Shown here: positions 8,911 through 19,341 of the stretch, one piece after another
Layout: every line of letters starts with the position of its first letter
Numbering within the stretch: the first letter of the stretch is position 1
Source: an uncultured Bacilli bacterium
GTDB taxonomy: Bacteria > Bacillota_I > Bacilli_A > RF39 > UBA660
Reading direction: 5' to 3'
DNA length: 34,394 nt
Assembly (NCBI GenBank): GCA_944350305.1
Contig: CALVOO010000003.1
Location: 1 to 34,394 of the forward strand
Notes under the pieces: generated by a model
What the model was told of the DNA's origin: nothing
The model's database searches: none
Seen by the model: the letters and a program-made list of their open reading frames with translations, nothing else
Program-made: the position numbers and the translations under genes

Positions 8911-9820
8911 TGAAGATAAAGATATTCTTTTTAATATTTTAAACGAAGAAATTGATGATAATAGTGTTCATAATATAAGAAAAAATGGCAAAACGATTAG
9001 TAGAAATGATTCAGATGAAATTAAGATAATTTCTAAAAAAGATAAACAAGGAATTGAAATATTTGTCAAGTCTTCGGTCAAAAATCAGACTATTCAGGTT
9101 CCGGTTTTATTAACTACTGAAGGATTTAATGACACTGTTTATAATGATTATAATATTGAGGCTAATGCTGAAGTTACAATTGTAGCTGGGTGTGCTATAC
9201 ATAATGATTGTGAAATTACTAGTATCCATTCTGGTGTTCATAAATTTAATATTGGTAAAAATGCTAAAGTTAGATATATTGAAAAACATTATGGGTGTGG
9301 TCAAGTTGATTCAAATAAAGTTATTAACACTGACACTATAATTAATTTATCTGAAAGTTCTAGTTTAACTATTGAAACTGTTCAAATAAGTGGTGTTGAT
9401 AAATCTTTAAGAAATACAGTTGCGGTCTTAGAAATGAATAGTGTATTAGAAATTTCTGAAAAATTAATGACTGCTTCTAATGATGAAGTTATCTCTAATT
9501 ATAAAATTGATTTAAAAGGAATGAATAGTAAAGTAAATTTAATTTCAAGAAGTATTGCTAAAAGTAATAGTTCTCAAAATTTTGTTAGTGAATTAGTAGG
9601 TAACAATAAATCTTTTGGACATATTGAGTGTGATGCAATTATAATGGATAATGCTAAAGTTTCTTCTACACCTAAAATTGTTGCAAAAAATGTTGAGGCT
9701 GAACTTACTCATGAGGCTGCTATTGGAAAGATTAGTGGTGAACAGATTTTGAAGTTGGAAACTTTGGGTTTAACTAAAGAAGAAGCTGAGGCAGAAATAA
9801 TAAAAGGATTTATGAAATAA
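8903..9820 (+). CDS. sufB: SufB/SufD family Fe-S scaffold protein
   Basis: GHIECDAII, ELTHEAAIGKI, L..LGLT.EEAE..II.GF. Confidence 0.88.
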   Translation: MNNEDKDILFNILNEEIDDNSVHNIRKNGKTISRNDSDEIKIISKKDKQGIEIFVKSSVKNQTIQVPVLLTTEGFNDTVYNDYNIEANAEVTIVAGCAIHNDCEITSIHSGVHKFNIGKNAKVRYIEKHYGCGQVDSNKVINTDTIINLSESSSLTIETVQISGVDKSLRNTVAVLEMNSVLEISEKLMTASNDEVISNYKIDLKGMNSKVNLISRSIAKSNSSQNFVSELVGNNKSFGHIECDAIIMDNAKVSSTPKIVAKNVEAELTHEAAIGKISGEQILKLETLGLTKEEAEAEIIKGFMK

Positions 9821-9844
9821 GACACATTACGTTATGTGTCTTTT
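9819..9844. terminator. Bidirectional terminator between convergent genes
   Basis: AAGACACAT-tacgtt-ATGTGTCTT stem-loop. Confidence 0.8.
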
Positions 9845-10397
9845 AATTTGCAATAAGATTATTACATAAGTTAATAATTAATTTTGATATTTCTCCGGGT
9901 GAGTCTTTGAAGTTTTCTTGAATCCATTTTTCTATAATTCCGATACTTCCAAACGCAAAAAAGTTAAAAATATAGTCTATTTCTGATGTTGAAAATTTTG
10001 TTAAATGATTTTTCCATTCAGTTGCACTTTTTATGTACGCAAGATAAACAATTTTTCTAATAAATTCTTTGTTACCATACGGACCAAATAATACTTTACA
10101 AGCATCTTGATTTTCATAGATTATTTTTATTATGTTATATATAAAATGATTAATGTTTTCTTTACTTTCAGTTAATTCTATACTTTCTTTTAATTTGTTA
10201 TATAATTCTAATTCTATTTTTTCTACTAAATCATATATATCAACATAGTATTTATAGAAAGTAGCGCGGTTTATTTCTGCTAAATTGCATAATTCTGTAA
10301 CTGTTATTTTGCTAATTTCTTTTTGTCCCATTAATTTTAATATACTTTCTTTAATGGTATTTAATGTGTATTTTGTTCTTCGGTCTATTTTTTTCAT
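9843..10397 (-). CDS. TetR/AcrR family regulator
   Basis: DRR.KYT...I......L...K.I.KITV.ELC..A.INRATFY.YY.DI; ATG at 10397 after AGGAGG (the ORF track start is too far upstream). Confidence 0.93.
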   Translation of the reverse strand: MKKIDRRTKYTLNTIKESILKLMGQKEISKITVTELCNLAEINRATFYKYYVDIYDLVEKIELELYNKLKESIELTESKENINHFIYNIIKIIYENQDACKVLFGPYGNKEFIRKIVYLAYIKSATEWKNHLTKFSTSEIDYIFNFFAFGSIGIIEKWIQENFKDSPGEISKLIINLCNNLIAN

Positions 10398-10513
10398 ATG
10401 GCCTCCTGCGTTTATATACAAATTAAAGCTAAGTTGTATGTTTCTAAACAAATTATATGTATTTTGATTATTGTAAAACTGTTATACAAAAAGTATAATT
10501 TATTATGTAAAGT

Positions 10514-10534
10514 TAGTCAACAGTTTGTTGATTA
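10514..10534. promoter_or_regulatory. Candidate TetR operator palindrome
   Basis: TAGTCAACA-GTT-TGTTGATTA just downstream of TATAAT (10494-10499), between divergent tetR and ligase genes. Confidence 0.55.
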
Positions 10535-10554
10535 TTGTGAAAGGAAAATGAAAA

Positions 10555-12249
10555 ATGTTTGATAAATTAAAAAAGTTATTTAAGTCTAATGAAGATTTAC
10601 CTTGGTTTAAATATTATGGTAGAATGCCTAAAAAACTCGAGTATTTTGAAGGCAGTTTATATGAATATATGGAAAATACTGCAATTAAGTATCCTAATTA
10701 TTGTGCGCTTGAGTTTTTTAATAAAAAAATGAATTATAAAACTTTGCTAGAGGAAATTGATGGTGTTGCTTTAAGTTTATTGGATGATGGAGTTAGGGAA
10801 AATGATATTGTTACAATTTGTATGGCTAACTGTCCAGAAGCTGTAATTGCATTTTATGCTATTAATAAAATAGGGGCAATTTCTAATATTATTCACCCTT
10901 TAAGTAGTGAAAATGAAATTAAAAATTTTATAGAAAATACTAATTCTAATGTTGTCTTTGTTTCTGATATTTTATATGATACTATGATTAAAATTTGTAA
11001 GGATTTAAAAATTAAAAGTGTCGTAGTTTGCACTATTTCTAATAAGATGGATACTGTGCATAAGTTTTTGTATAATGTTTTTAAAGCACCTAAGTTAAAT
11101 GATTTTCCTGAGAATTTTATTTTATATAATGATTATATTAACATATCTTTAGATACTTGTGAAACGGTTCATAGAAATTATTATGATGATGCTGTTATTT
11201 TGTACAGTGGTGGCACTACGGGTACTCCAAAAGGTGTTGTATTAAGTAATCTATGTTTTAATTCTATTCCACTTCAATATTCTCATGTTATTGAAGCACA
11301 TCCTGGGGATTCTATTTTGAGTTATTTACCTATTTTTCATGGTTTTGGCCTATGTGTTTCGATTCATACTCCTTTAACTTATGGGATGAGATGTGTTTTG
11401 GATCCTAAAATTGATGTTAAAAAGATTAATAGTATTTTAAAAAATAAAAAGATTAATTTTTTACCTGTAATTCCTGCTTTATTAAATGTTATGATTAAGG
11501 ATAAAACATTGAGTAAAACTGCTTTTAAGAATTTGAGGTATATTGTTAGCGGTGGTGATTTTTTAAGTTTAGAATTAAAACAATCTGCAGAAAAATTTGT
11601 TAATAGTCATGGATCTAGTGCTAAAATAATTGTGGGTTATGGTTTGACTGAAGCTATGGCTGCTGTGTGTGCTAGTATAGAACCTAATTATAAAAAGAAA
11701 AGTGTTGGGGTTCCTCTCCCTGATGTTCGTTATAAGGTTGTCAAGAATGATACTCATATACCTTGTGAAAAAAATGAAGTTGGCGAAATATGTTTGTCTG
11801 CGCCAAGTTTAATGACTCGTTATTATAAAAATGAAGAAGAAACATTTAAAATTTTGCAAATGCATGATGATGGTATTTTGTGGCTTCATACAGGAGATTT
11901 AGGATATGTTGGAGATGATGATGTTTTATATTTTGAAACTAGAAAGAAACGTGTTATTATTTCTAATGGATTTAATATATATCCAAATTATATTGAAGAG
12001 GTCTTGAATAAACACCCTTATGTTGAAACGTCAATTGTTGTAGGGCAAAAGGATAAATCAAGAGCGCAAGTTGCTAAGGCTGTTATTGTTTTAAAAGATG
12101 ATGTTATGGAGTCTGAAAAAGTTAAGGATGAGATTAAGGATTATTTAAAAGATAATATTAGTAAATATGCAGTGCCTAAAATATATGAGTTTACTAAGGA
12201 GTTACCTAAGACTAAAGTTGGTAAGGTTGATTTTAAGGCATTGGAATAA
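10555..12249 (+). CDS. Long-chain fatty-acid--CoA ligase (AMP-binding family)
   Basis: YSGGTTGTPKG, GYGLTE, WLHTGDLG, LPKT.VGK. Confidence 0.92.
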   Translation: MFDKLKKLFKSNEDLPWFKYYGRMPKKLEYFEGSLYEYMENTAIKYPNYCALEFFNKKMNYKTLLEEIDGVALSLLDDGVRENDIVTICMANCPEAVIAFYAINKIGAISNIIHPLSSENEIKNFIENTNSNVVFVSDILYDTMIKICKDLKIKSVVVCTISNKMDTVHKFLYNVFKAPKLNDFPENFILYNDYINISLDTCETVHRNYYDDAVILYSGGTTGTPKGVVLSNLCFNSIPLQYSHVIEAHPGDSILSYLPIFHGFGLCVSIHTPLTYGMRCVLDPKIDVKKINSILKNKKINFLPVIPALLNVMIKDKTLSKTAFKNLRYIVSGGDFLSLELKQSAEKFVNSHGSSAKIIVGYGLTEAMAAVCASIEPNYKKKSVGVPLPDVRYKVVKNDTHIPCEKNEVGEICLSAPSLMTRYYKNEEETFKILQMHDDGILWLHTGDLGYVGDDDVLYFETRKKRVIISNGFNIYPNYIEEVLNKHPYVETSIVVGQKDKSRAQVAKAVIVLKDDVMESEKVKDEIKDYLKDNISKYAVPKIYEFTKELPKTKVGKVDFKALE

Positions 12250-12314
12250 TTTAGTGGGAAAAGTGATTTTGAACTTTTCTCTTTTTTTTGGTAAAATGGT
12301 TTTGAGGGATGTTT

Positions 12315-12881
12315 ATGTATACATTATTTATTGATTCTCATAGCAGTAATATATGTCTAGCTCTGTATAATGGCAAAGTATTGATAAAAAAAGAAAAAGA
12401 AAGTATTGAATCTCACTCTATTTTTCTTGTGCCTATGTTAAAGGAATTATTGGATGAAAATAATATTTCTTTTGATGAGATTGCAAATGTTGTTGCTGTG
12501 AATGGGCCAGGTAGTTTTACTGGTATTAGGATAGGGTTAAGTGTAGCTAAAGCTATTTGTTATTCTCTAAAAAAACCTATTTATTTAATTTCTAGCTTAA
12601 CTTCTTTGTTGGTTAGTGTTGATTCTGATACTTGTAAAATGGCGGTTATTCCTGATAATAAGGGTTTTTATGTAAGTGTTTTTGATGAAAATAATAATAG
12701 TGTTGTTGATGAAAGATATCAAGAAAATATTGATGAGTTTTTGGCAAAATATAAAATTGTCGATGGCGCTTTGAATGTTGAAAAAGTTATTAAATATGCT
12801 TTAAAGCAAGAACCGGTAAATGTTTTTAAGGTAAAAGCTAATTATGTTAAAGTTATTGAGGTTATGGATGATAAAAAGTAA
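12315..12881 (+). CDS. tsaB: tRNA t6A biosynthesis protein TsaB
   Basis: LFIDS, HS..L.P, GPGSFTGIRIG. Confidence 0.95.
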   Translation: MYTLFIDSHSSNICLALYNGKVLIKKEKESIESHSIFLVPMLKELLDENNISFDEIANVVAVNGPGSFTGIRIGLSVAKAICYSLKKPIYLISSLTSLLVSVDSDTCKMAVIPDNKGFYVSVFDENNNSVVDERYQENIDEFLAKYKIVDGALNVEKVIKYALKQEPVNVFKVKANYVKVIEVMDDKK

Positions 12882-14205
12882 ACAGCTTAAGGACTATGAA
12901 TTTGAAATTGATTATTTTAATGGTAATTGTGTTGTAGGTTATTTGAAGTATGAAGTTACTTTTGATGTTGTTAATATTGTTGATGTGTTTGTTGATGAAA
13001 ATTTTAGGCGTCAAGGTATTGCAACTGAACTTTTTGTTTTTTTGTTTGAAAGTGTTAATCCGGATAGGTTTATGCTGGAAGTTAATGTAAATAATTTTAA
13101 AGCCATAAAGTTATATGAAAAGTTTGGATTTGTTACTATTCATGTTAGAAAAAAATATTATAAGGATGGGGATGCATTAATTATGGAATTAAAAAATAAT
13201 AAGGATGTGTATATATTAGCTATTGAATCTTCTTGTGATGAAACGAGCGTAAGCATTGTTAAAAATGGTGTTGTTGATGTTTCAACTACAGTTAATTCTC
13301 AAATAGATGTCCATAAAAAATATGGTGGTGTTGTTCCTGAAGTTGCTTCAAGAATGCACTTGGAAAATATTACTTTTGTTTTGGATGAAACTTTGTCTAA
13401 GGCTAATATGAGGCTTGAGGATATGGATGCTTTCGCTTGTACTTATGCACCAGGGCTTTTAGGTAGTTTATTGGTTGGCCTTGAAACTACTAAAACTTTG
13501 AGTTTAATATATAATAAGCCATTTATTAAAGTTAATCACATGATGGGACATATTTATGCTAATAATATTGGTAGCAATATGAATTATCCGTTGCTTGCTT
13601 TAATTGTTAGTGGTGGCCATACGGATTTGATTTATATGGAAGATGAAACAACTATAAAATATATTGGCCAAACTTTAGATGATGCAGTAGGTGAATGTTT
13701 TGATAAAGTGGCTAGAATTGTTGATTTGCCTTATCCGGGCGGACCTAATGTTGAAAAACTTGCACTAAATGGTAATCCTACTTATTTGATGCCTAATTTG
13801 TTGAGTGATGGAAGTACTAATTTTAGTTTTAGTGGAATTAAAAGTCATGTTGTTAATTTAGCCCATAATGAAAAGCAAAGAGGAAATGAAATTAATAAAG
13901 AGGATTTGTGCCGTTCTTTTCAAGATGCTGTTACTAAGTCGCTTGTAGATAAAACTTTGCTTGCTTTGAATAAAACTGGCGCTAAGAATTTGGTTATGGC
14001 TGGGGGTGTTGCTAGTAATAGTTTTATTAGAGAGTCAATAAGGAAAATGTGTGAAGAAAATAATATTAATTTTAGTGTTCCAGATAAAAAATATTGTACT
14101 GATAATGCGACTATGATTAGTGCTGCTGCATATGTGCTATATAAAAATAATAAATTTGCTGGACTTGATACAAATGCAAAAAGTCATGAGTTGTTAACTT
14201 TATAA
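12868..14205 (+). CDS. tsaD: RimI-like GNAT acetyltransferase fused to TsaD
   Basis: N-terminal V...FRRQGIA..L / LEV...N..AI.LYEKFGF...RK.YY; then ILAIESSCDET, GGVVPE.ASR.H, NH..GH, VSGGHT, DDAVGE.FDK, CTDNA.MI in one frame. Confidence 0.93.
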   Translation: MIKSKQLKDYEFEIDYFNGNCVVGYLKYEVTFDVVNIVDVFVDENFRRQGIATELFVFLFESVNPDRFMLEVNVNNFKAIKLYEKFGFVTIHVRKKYYKDGDALIMELKNNKDVYILAIESSCDETSVSIVKNGVVDVSTTVNSQIDVHKKYGGVVPEVASRMHLENITFVLDETLSKANMRLEDMDAFACTYAPGLLGSLLVGLETTKTLSLIYNKPFIKVNHMMGHIYANNIGSNMNYPLLALIVSGGHTDLIYMEDETTIKYIGQTLDDAVGECFDKVARIVDLPYPGGPNVEKLALNGNPTYLMPNLLSDGSTNFSFSGIKSHVVNLAHNEKQRGNEINKEDLCRSFQDAVTKSLVDKTLLALNKTGAKNLVMAGGVASNSFIRESIRKMCEENNINFSVPDKKYCTDNATMISAAAYVLYKNNKFAGLDTNAKSHELLTL

Positions 14206-14250
14206 TTGACTTTTTTTGTTTTCATTATAAAATTAAAATAGTGGGAGCAT

Positions 14251-14745
14251 ATGAAAAAAGTTATATTTAAAAATATGGTTGTTTCAATTTTTATGGTATC
14301 TATTTTGTGTGTATCTTTTTTTTGTGTTACTTGGGCCTGGTCAAGTGACTTTTTAAATAGTAATAATTTTAATGATGATAATTTAGCAATTTCAGTTAAT
14401 TATGTTGACGGTTCTATGCTTAATCTAAGGTGTGATATAAGTAGTCAAAATAAAAGTTTTGTCGTCACTAATGTTTCAAAAAATACTGAGTTTTTTAATG
14501 TTAAGTTGTTAGTTGATAATGTTTCTAGTGATGAAATTGGTAAATATTTGTATTATGAATTATTGGATGAAAATAATGTGGTTTTAACTTATGGTAGTTT
14601 TGCTGATATTGAAATTTCTAATGAGTTAATTTTGCTTTCTCATAAGGAAATTTTGGCTAATGAAAGTTATGAGTTTGTTTTAAAAGTTTGGAGTGAAAAT
14701 TGTGATTTAAGTGGAGCTATAAGTTCTCATTTAATTGTAAATTAA
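14251..14745 (+). CDS. Secreted/membrane-anchored hypothetical protein
   Basis: Signal-peptide-like N-terminus ending TWAW, beta-rich body ending F.LKVW. Confidence 0.65.
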   Translation: MKKVIFKNMVVSIFMVSILCVSFFCVTWAWSSDFLNSNNFNDDNLAISVNYVDGSMLNLRCDISSQNKSFVVTNVSKNTEFFNVKLLVDNVSSDEIGKYLYYELLDENNVVLTYGSFADIEISNELILLSHKEILANESYEFVLKVWSENCDLSGAISSHLIVN

Positions 14746-14794
14746 AATTTATTCTTTTTTTTTGTTTTTTTAATATACTTTATTGGTGATACTA

Positions 14795-17368
14795 TTGAAC
14801 TATAATAAAACAGGTCTTACGGATAAGGAAGTAGTAGCAAGTAGGCAAAATCATGGTAGTAATAGGATTGTTAGTAATAAAAAAAATAGTTTTCTTAAGT
14901 TACTTATTGAGTCTTTAAATGATCCGATTATTAAAATATTACTTATTGCATTAGGGGTAAAAGTAGTATTTTTATTTCGTGATAGTGATTTTTATGAGTT
15001 GGTTGGAATTATTTTATCGATTTTAGTTGCAAGTATTATTAGTAGTTTAAGTGAATATGGAAGTGAAAAAGCTTTTCAAAAGTTGGCTGAAGAAAATAGT
15101 AAAGTTAATGTTAAGGTTTTTAGAAATTCAAAACTTGTTAATATTGATATTGATGATGTTGTTGTCGGTGATGTCGTTTTACTTGAAAGTGGCGATAGAA
15201 TTTGTGCTGATGGGGTTCTTATTGATGGTGAAATTTATGTTGATGAGTCTATGTTGACCGGAGAGACAAAGGAAAAGTTAAAAGAGGTAAATGATAAGGT
15301 TTTTAGAGGAAGTGTGATTACCAATAAGCATGGTGTTATGAAAGTTTACGATGTTGGTGCTAATACTTTTTATGGTAATATTGCTAAAAGTATTGAGGAA
15401 GCTAGTCCTGTTAGCCCTTTAAAATTGAGACTTAGAAATTTGGCTCAGATAATTAGTAGAATAGGATATTTTTGTGCTTTGTTGGTTATGTTATCGTATC
15501 TTTTTAATGTGATTGTTGTTGAAAATAATTTTGAACTTTCTAAAATTATTTTAATGTTTCAAAATTATAAAATTTTAATTCCTCATTTGTTATATTCTCT
15601 TACATTGGCAGTGACAATTATTGTAGTTTGTGTTCCAGAAGGTTTACCTATGATGATTACTTTGGTATTAAGTTCAAATATGAAAAGAATGTTAAAAAAT
15701 AATGTTTTGGTAAGGAAATTGGTTGGTATTGAAACTGCTGGTAATATAAATATTTTGTTTAGTGATAAAACTGGAACTCTTACAAGAGGCATGTTTAGTG
15801 TTGTTGGTTTGTGTTTATATGATGGAACTTTTTATAATAAATTTAATGATGTTAAATCCGATAAATTAAAAGAAATTTTGAATTTTGCTTTGATATATAA
15901 TAATGCTGCTTTTTTTAATGGTGCTGAGATAATAGGTGGTAATGTAACTGATCGAGCAATTATGGAGTTTGTCGGTAAAAATGAACGAGGAAAATATAAA
16001 ATTGTTGAAGAAGAACCTTTTGATAGTAAAATTAAATATTCTAGTGTTACTGTTGAAGTCGATGGTAAAACAACATTTTATAAGGGTGCATATGAAAAGT
16101 TTAAAGATAAATTAAGTTTTTGTTATAATGCAGATGGTATGAAAAAAATAATTAATGTTAATAATTTAAATAATGTAATTAACAAATATTCTAAAAATGG
16201 TTATAGAATTATTACTTTGGTTAGTAAAAATGGAAATAGTTATACTTTTATTGGATTTGTTCTGATTAAAGATGAGGTTAGAAAAGAAAGCATTGATGCT
16301 ATAAAGTTAGTTAATGAAGCTGGTATTCAAACAGTTATGTTGACCGGTGATTCTTTAGATACTGCAAAAAATATTGCTCGTGAAATAGGGCTTGTTAATA
16401 ATGAAAATGATTATGTTATTACCAGTGATGAATTAAATAAAATGTCTGATGAAGAAGTTAAATTGATTTTGCCTAGGTTACGTGTGGTGGCAAGAAGTTT
16501 GCCAAATGATAAAAAAAGACTTGTTTTATTGTCTCAAGAATTAGGGTTGATAGTTGGAATGACTGGGGATGGTGTTAATGATGCTCCTGCTTTGAAAAAA
16601 GCTGATGTTGGTTTTGCTATGGGTAGTGGCACAGAAGTTGCAAAGGAAGTTAGTGATATTGTTATTCTTGATGATAATTTTTTGAGTATTACTAAAACTA
16701 TTCTTTTTGGTAGAACAATTTTTAAAAGTATTAGAAAATTTATAATTTTTCAATTGACTGTTAATTTATGCGCTGTTGGGTTATCTGTTATTGGACCGCT
16801 TATTGGTATTGTTACACCTGTTACTGTTATTCAAATGTTGTGGGTTAATATGGTTATGGATACGCTGGCTGGAATTGCTTATGCTTATGAAGCTCCTATT
16901 AAAGATTATATGAAGGAAAAACCTAAGAGAAAAGATGAACCAATTATGAATAAATATATGTTGAATGAAATTTTTGTTACTGGTTTGTTTAGTACTTTTA
17001 TTTGTATCTTTTTTTTAAAGTCTAGTTTTATTCATGAGCTTTTTAGAATTGATAATAATGATAAGTATGTTATGACCGCTTTTTTTGGACTTTTTATATT
17101 TTTGGCAATTTTTAATTCTTTTAATGCTAGAACTCATAGGTTAAACTTACTAGCTAATATTTTTAAAAATAAAGTTTTTCTTTGCGTTATTGCTTTGATA
17201 GCTGTTGTCCAACTTGTTTTGATTTATTTTGGCGGTAGTGTTTTTAGAACAACTGGTTTGACTTTTTTAGAGTTTCAGATAATGGTATTTCTTGCTTTTT
17301 TGGTTATTCCTTTTGATCTTTTTAGAAAAATTATACTAAAAAAATTTAATAAATTAAGTGGTTGTTAA
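14795..17368 (+). CDS. Calcium-translocating P-type ATPase (PMCA/P2B-like)
   Basis: DESMLTGET, VPEGLP, DKTGTLT, MLTGD, TGDGVNDAPAL, QMLWVNMVMDT; start TTG at 14795 or 14783. Confidence 0.95.
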   Translation: MNYNKTGLTDKEVVASRQNHGSNRIVSNKKNSFLKLLIESLNDPIIKILLIALGVKVVFLFRDSDFYELVGIILSILVASIISSLSEYGSEKAFQKLAEENSKVNVKVFRNSKLVNIDIDDVVVGDVVLLESGDRICADGVLIDGEIYVDESMLTGETKEKLKEVNDKVFRGSVITNKHGVMKVYDVGANTFYGNIAKSIEEASPVSPLKLRLRNLAQIISRIGYFCALLVMLSYLFNVIVVENNFELSKIILMFQNYKILIPHLLYSLTLAVTIIVVCVPEGLPMMITLVLSSNMKRMLKNNVLVRKLVGIETAGNINILFSDKTGTLTRGMFSVVGLCLYDGTFYNKFNDVKSDKLKEILNFALIYNNAAFFNGAEIIGGNVTDRAIMEFVGKNERGKYKIVEEEPFDSKIKYSSVTVEVDGKTTFYKGAYEKFKDKLSFCYNADGMKKIINVNNLNNVINKYSKNGYRIITLVSKNGNSYTFIGFVLIKDEVRKESIDAIKLVNEAGIQTVMLTGDSLDTAKNIAREIGLVNNENDYVITSDELNKMSDEEVKLILPRLRVVARSLPNDKKRLVLLSQELGLIVGMTGDGVNDAPALKKADVGFAMGSGTEVAKEVSDIVILDDNFLSITKTILFGRTIFKSIRKFIIFQLTVNLCAVGLSVIGPLIGIVTPVTVIQMLWVNMVMDTLAGIAYAYEAPIKDYMKEKPKRKDEPIMNKYMLNEIFVTGLFSTFICIFFLKSSFIHELFRIDNNDKYVMTAFFGLFIFLAIFNSFNARTHRLNLLANIFKNKVFLCVIALIAVVQLVLIYFGGSVFRTTGLTFLEFQIMVFLAFLVIPFDLFRKIILKKFNKLSGC

Positions 17369-17379
17369 TTCCTTAGTTT

Positions 17380-19236
17380 TTAACTATCTATGGGTTTAAA
17401 TGTTTTTATGTAAGCTTGTTCGTATTCGTCTTCAAACATTTTTAATTCTTTTTCTTTTTTGTTAGCATATTCTACAAATTCTATTGCAGTGTGTTCTAAT
17501 TCTTTTAATTGTTCAATAGTCAATTGTTGTTGTGATAAAAAGTAAAGTCGTTGCATAAAAATATCTGTATATCGTCTTATTGGTGAACTAGAGTGTGAAT
17601 ATGTATCAAGTTTTAGTCCGTAGTGGCCTATGTTATCAAGAGAGTAATATGCTCTTGGGTAACATTCTTTTAAAATGTTTATAAGATCACTATTTATTAG
17701 TTCTTTTTTTTCATTAAATATTTCTATACTTGTTGGTTGTGGTTTGTCGTGTACTCGATATATTACCGGTAAATTATGAAACTGTGAAAGATATTCTGCA
17801 AATAATCTGTTATATAAAACCATGCTTTCGTTTATTATTTTTTCTGAAATAGGATCTTCTGGTACAGTTATTTCCCTAATTAATTCTTTTATTAATCGGT
17901 ATTCGTTTCTTTGCGAATTACTTATTAGTGATGTAGCGTGTTCAAGTAATTTTAAATTATAATCAGTATCATTGGGGAGTGAGATTTCATGTCTTAGAAT
18001 TTTGTCGGCAAGTGTATATGATAAGTTTTGGTTAATATTAATTGTTTCTTCTAAAAATGTATAGCTTTCTATTTCGCCAGATTCACTAATTTTAGCATAT
18101 AAACTTATTACATTGCGCTTTTTTCCTGCATCTAATGATAAATAATTTTTTGAAATATTTGGTGAAATCATGTGTAGCACTTGATCCGGTAAATATAATG
18201 ATTTGAATTTTTGCTTAATATTTTCATCTAATGGTGAATTAGGTATTATAAAGTTTCCAACATCAGCTATGTGTATTCCAAGTCTATATCCATTTTTTTC
18301 TTTTTTTATTGATAGTGCATCGTCTTTTATAGTGCTTTTCGCATCACCATCAATTGTTAAAGCTACTGGCTGTGACTCTTTATATATTAATATTTGAAAG
18401 TTATTTGAATCTATGACTGTATTTTCACAAAAATTATAATTAATATCATATTTTATTAATGTTTCTTCTGGTGTATTGTTTGTTTTTTTCATTTTTAAAA
18501 TTTTTTCTAATTCTTTTAAAATTATTTGGTATTTTCTAGTCAAATGTTCAGATTTTGGATTAGTTATTTTCTCTAAATATGATGAGTCAATTTTATTGTA
18601 ATTGATCTTTTCTGATAGAATATGTAATAAGTTTAAATAATAGTAAATATCACGATTTTCTAATTCAATGCTTTTAAAACATTTATCTAAAATTTGAGTG
18701 AATATTTTACAATTTTCTTTTTCTTGTTGCGCTTTTATTTTGATTTTGTTTTCTTCGAGTAGTTTTAATAGCCTTTTGCCTTCTATAATTTTTTCTAATT
18801 CAGATATTTGTGATTGAAATTTCTTTTCTAAATTTTTTTCATTTTTAAATTCAAGTTTATTGATTTTTTCTTTTAATAATATTAAATTATTTTCTATTTC
18901 TTCATGTAAAAACTCGCCAATCAAACCAGTAATTTTGATTAATAGGCGAGCTTGTTTGTATAAATGTATGTGTGCATCATTTTCACTAAATATACAATTG
19001 TTGGTAAACATTTCTAATAGTGAAACTATTTTTAATGCATTAGAAAAATTTATTTCATCTTCAGTTTTAACATAATTTGTAATTTCAGTATCTAGTAGCT
19101 TAAATAAAATTCTTATTAGTTGTTTATGATTGTCAATTTGGGTGTCATAACCTATTTTTTTTTGCAACTCGTTAAGCATTATATTTAAATCACTATTTGT
19201 TTCAATTATTTTAGAAACTGAAATTTTTTTTGCCAT
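17380..19236 (-). CDS. RNB-domain (RNase II/R family) protein with atypical architecture
   Basis: TIDG......DDALS, LGIHIADV, SLYLP, I.ESMVL.N, IYRVH, HYGL...Y.H.SSPIRRY.D. Confidence 0.88.
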   Translation of the reverse strand: MAKKISVSKIIETNSDLNIMLNELQKKIGYDTQIDNHKQLIRILFKLLDTEITNYVKTEDEINFSNALKIVSLLEMFTNNCIFSENDAHIHLYKQARLLIKITGLIGEFLHEEIENNLILLKEKINKLEFKNEKNLEKKFQSQISELEKIIEGKRLLKLLEENKIKIKAQQEKENCKIFTQILDKCFKSIELENRDIYYYLNLLHILSEKINYNKIDSSYLEKITNPKSEHLTRKYQIILKELEKILKMKKTNNTPEETLIKYDINYNFCENTVIDSNNFQILIYKESQPVALTIDGDAKSTIKDDALSIKKEKNGYRLGIHIADVGNFIIPNSPLDENIKQKFKSLYLPDQVLHMISPNISKNYLSLDAGKKRNVISLYAKISESGEIESYTFLEETININQNLSYTLADKILRHEISLPNDTDYNLKLLEHATSLISNSQRNEYRLIKELIREITVPEDPISEKIINESMVLYNRLFAEYLSQFHNLPVIYRVHDKPQPTSIEIFNEKKELINSDLINILKECYPRAYYSLDNIGHYGLKLDTYSHSSSPIRRYTDIFMQRLYFLSQQQLTIEQLKELEHTAIEFVEYANKKEKELKMFEDEYEQAYIKTFKPIDS

Positions 19237-19341
19237 TTTACACCTACAATCTGTTTTTATTTTATCATAGTTATTTTTTATTAATCAATCTAAACTTAGT
19301 ATTTTTATAAAAAATTTGTTATAATTATTTCGGGAGTTATT

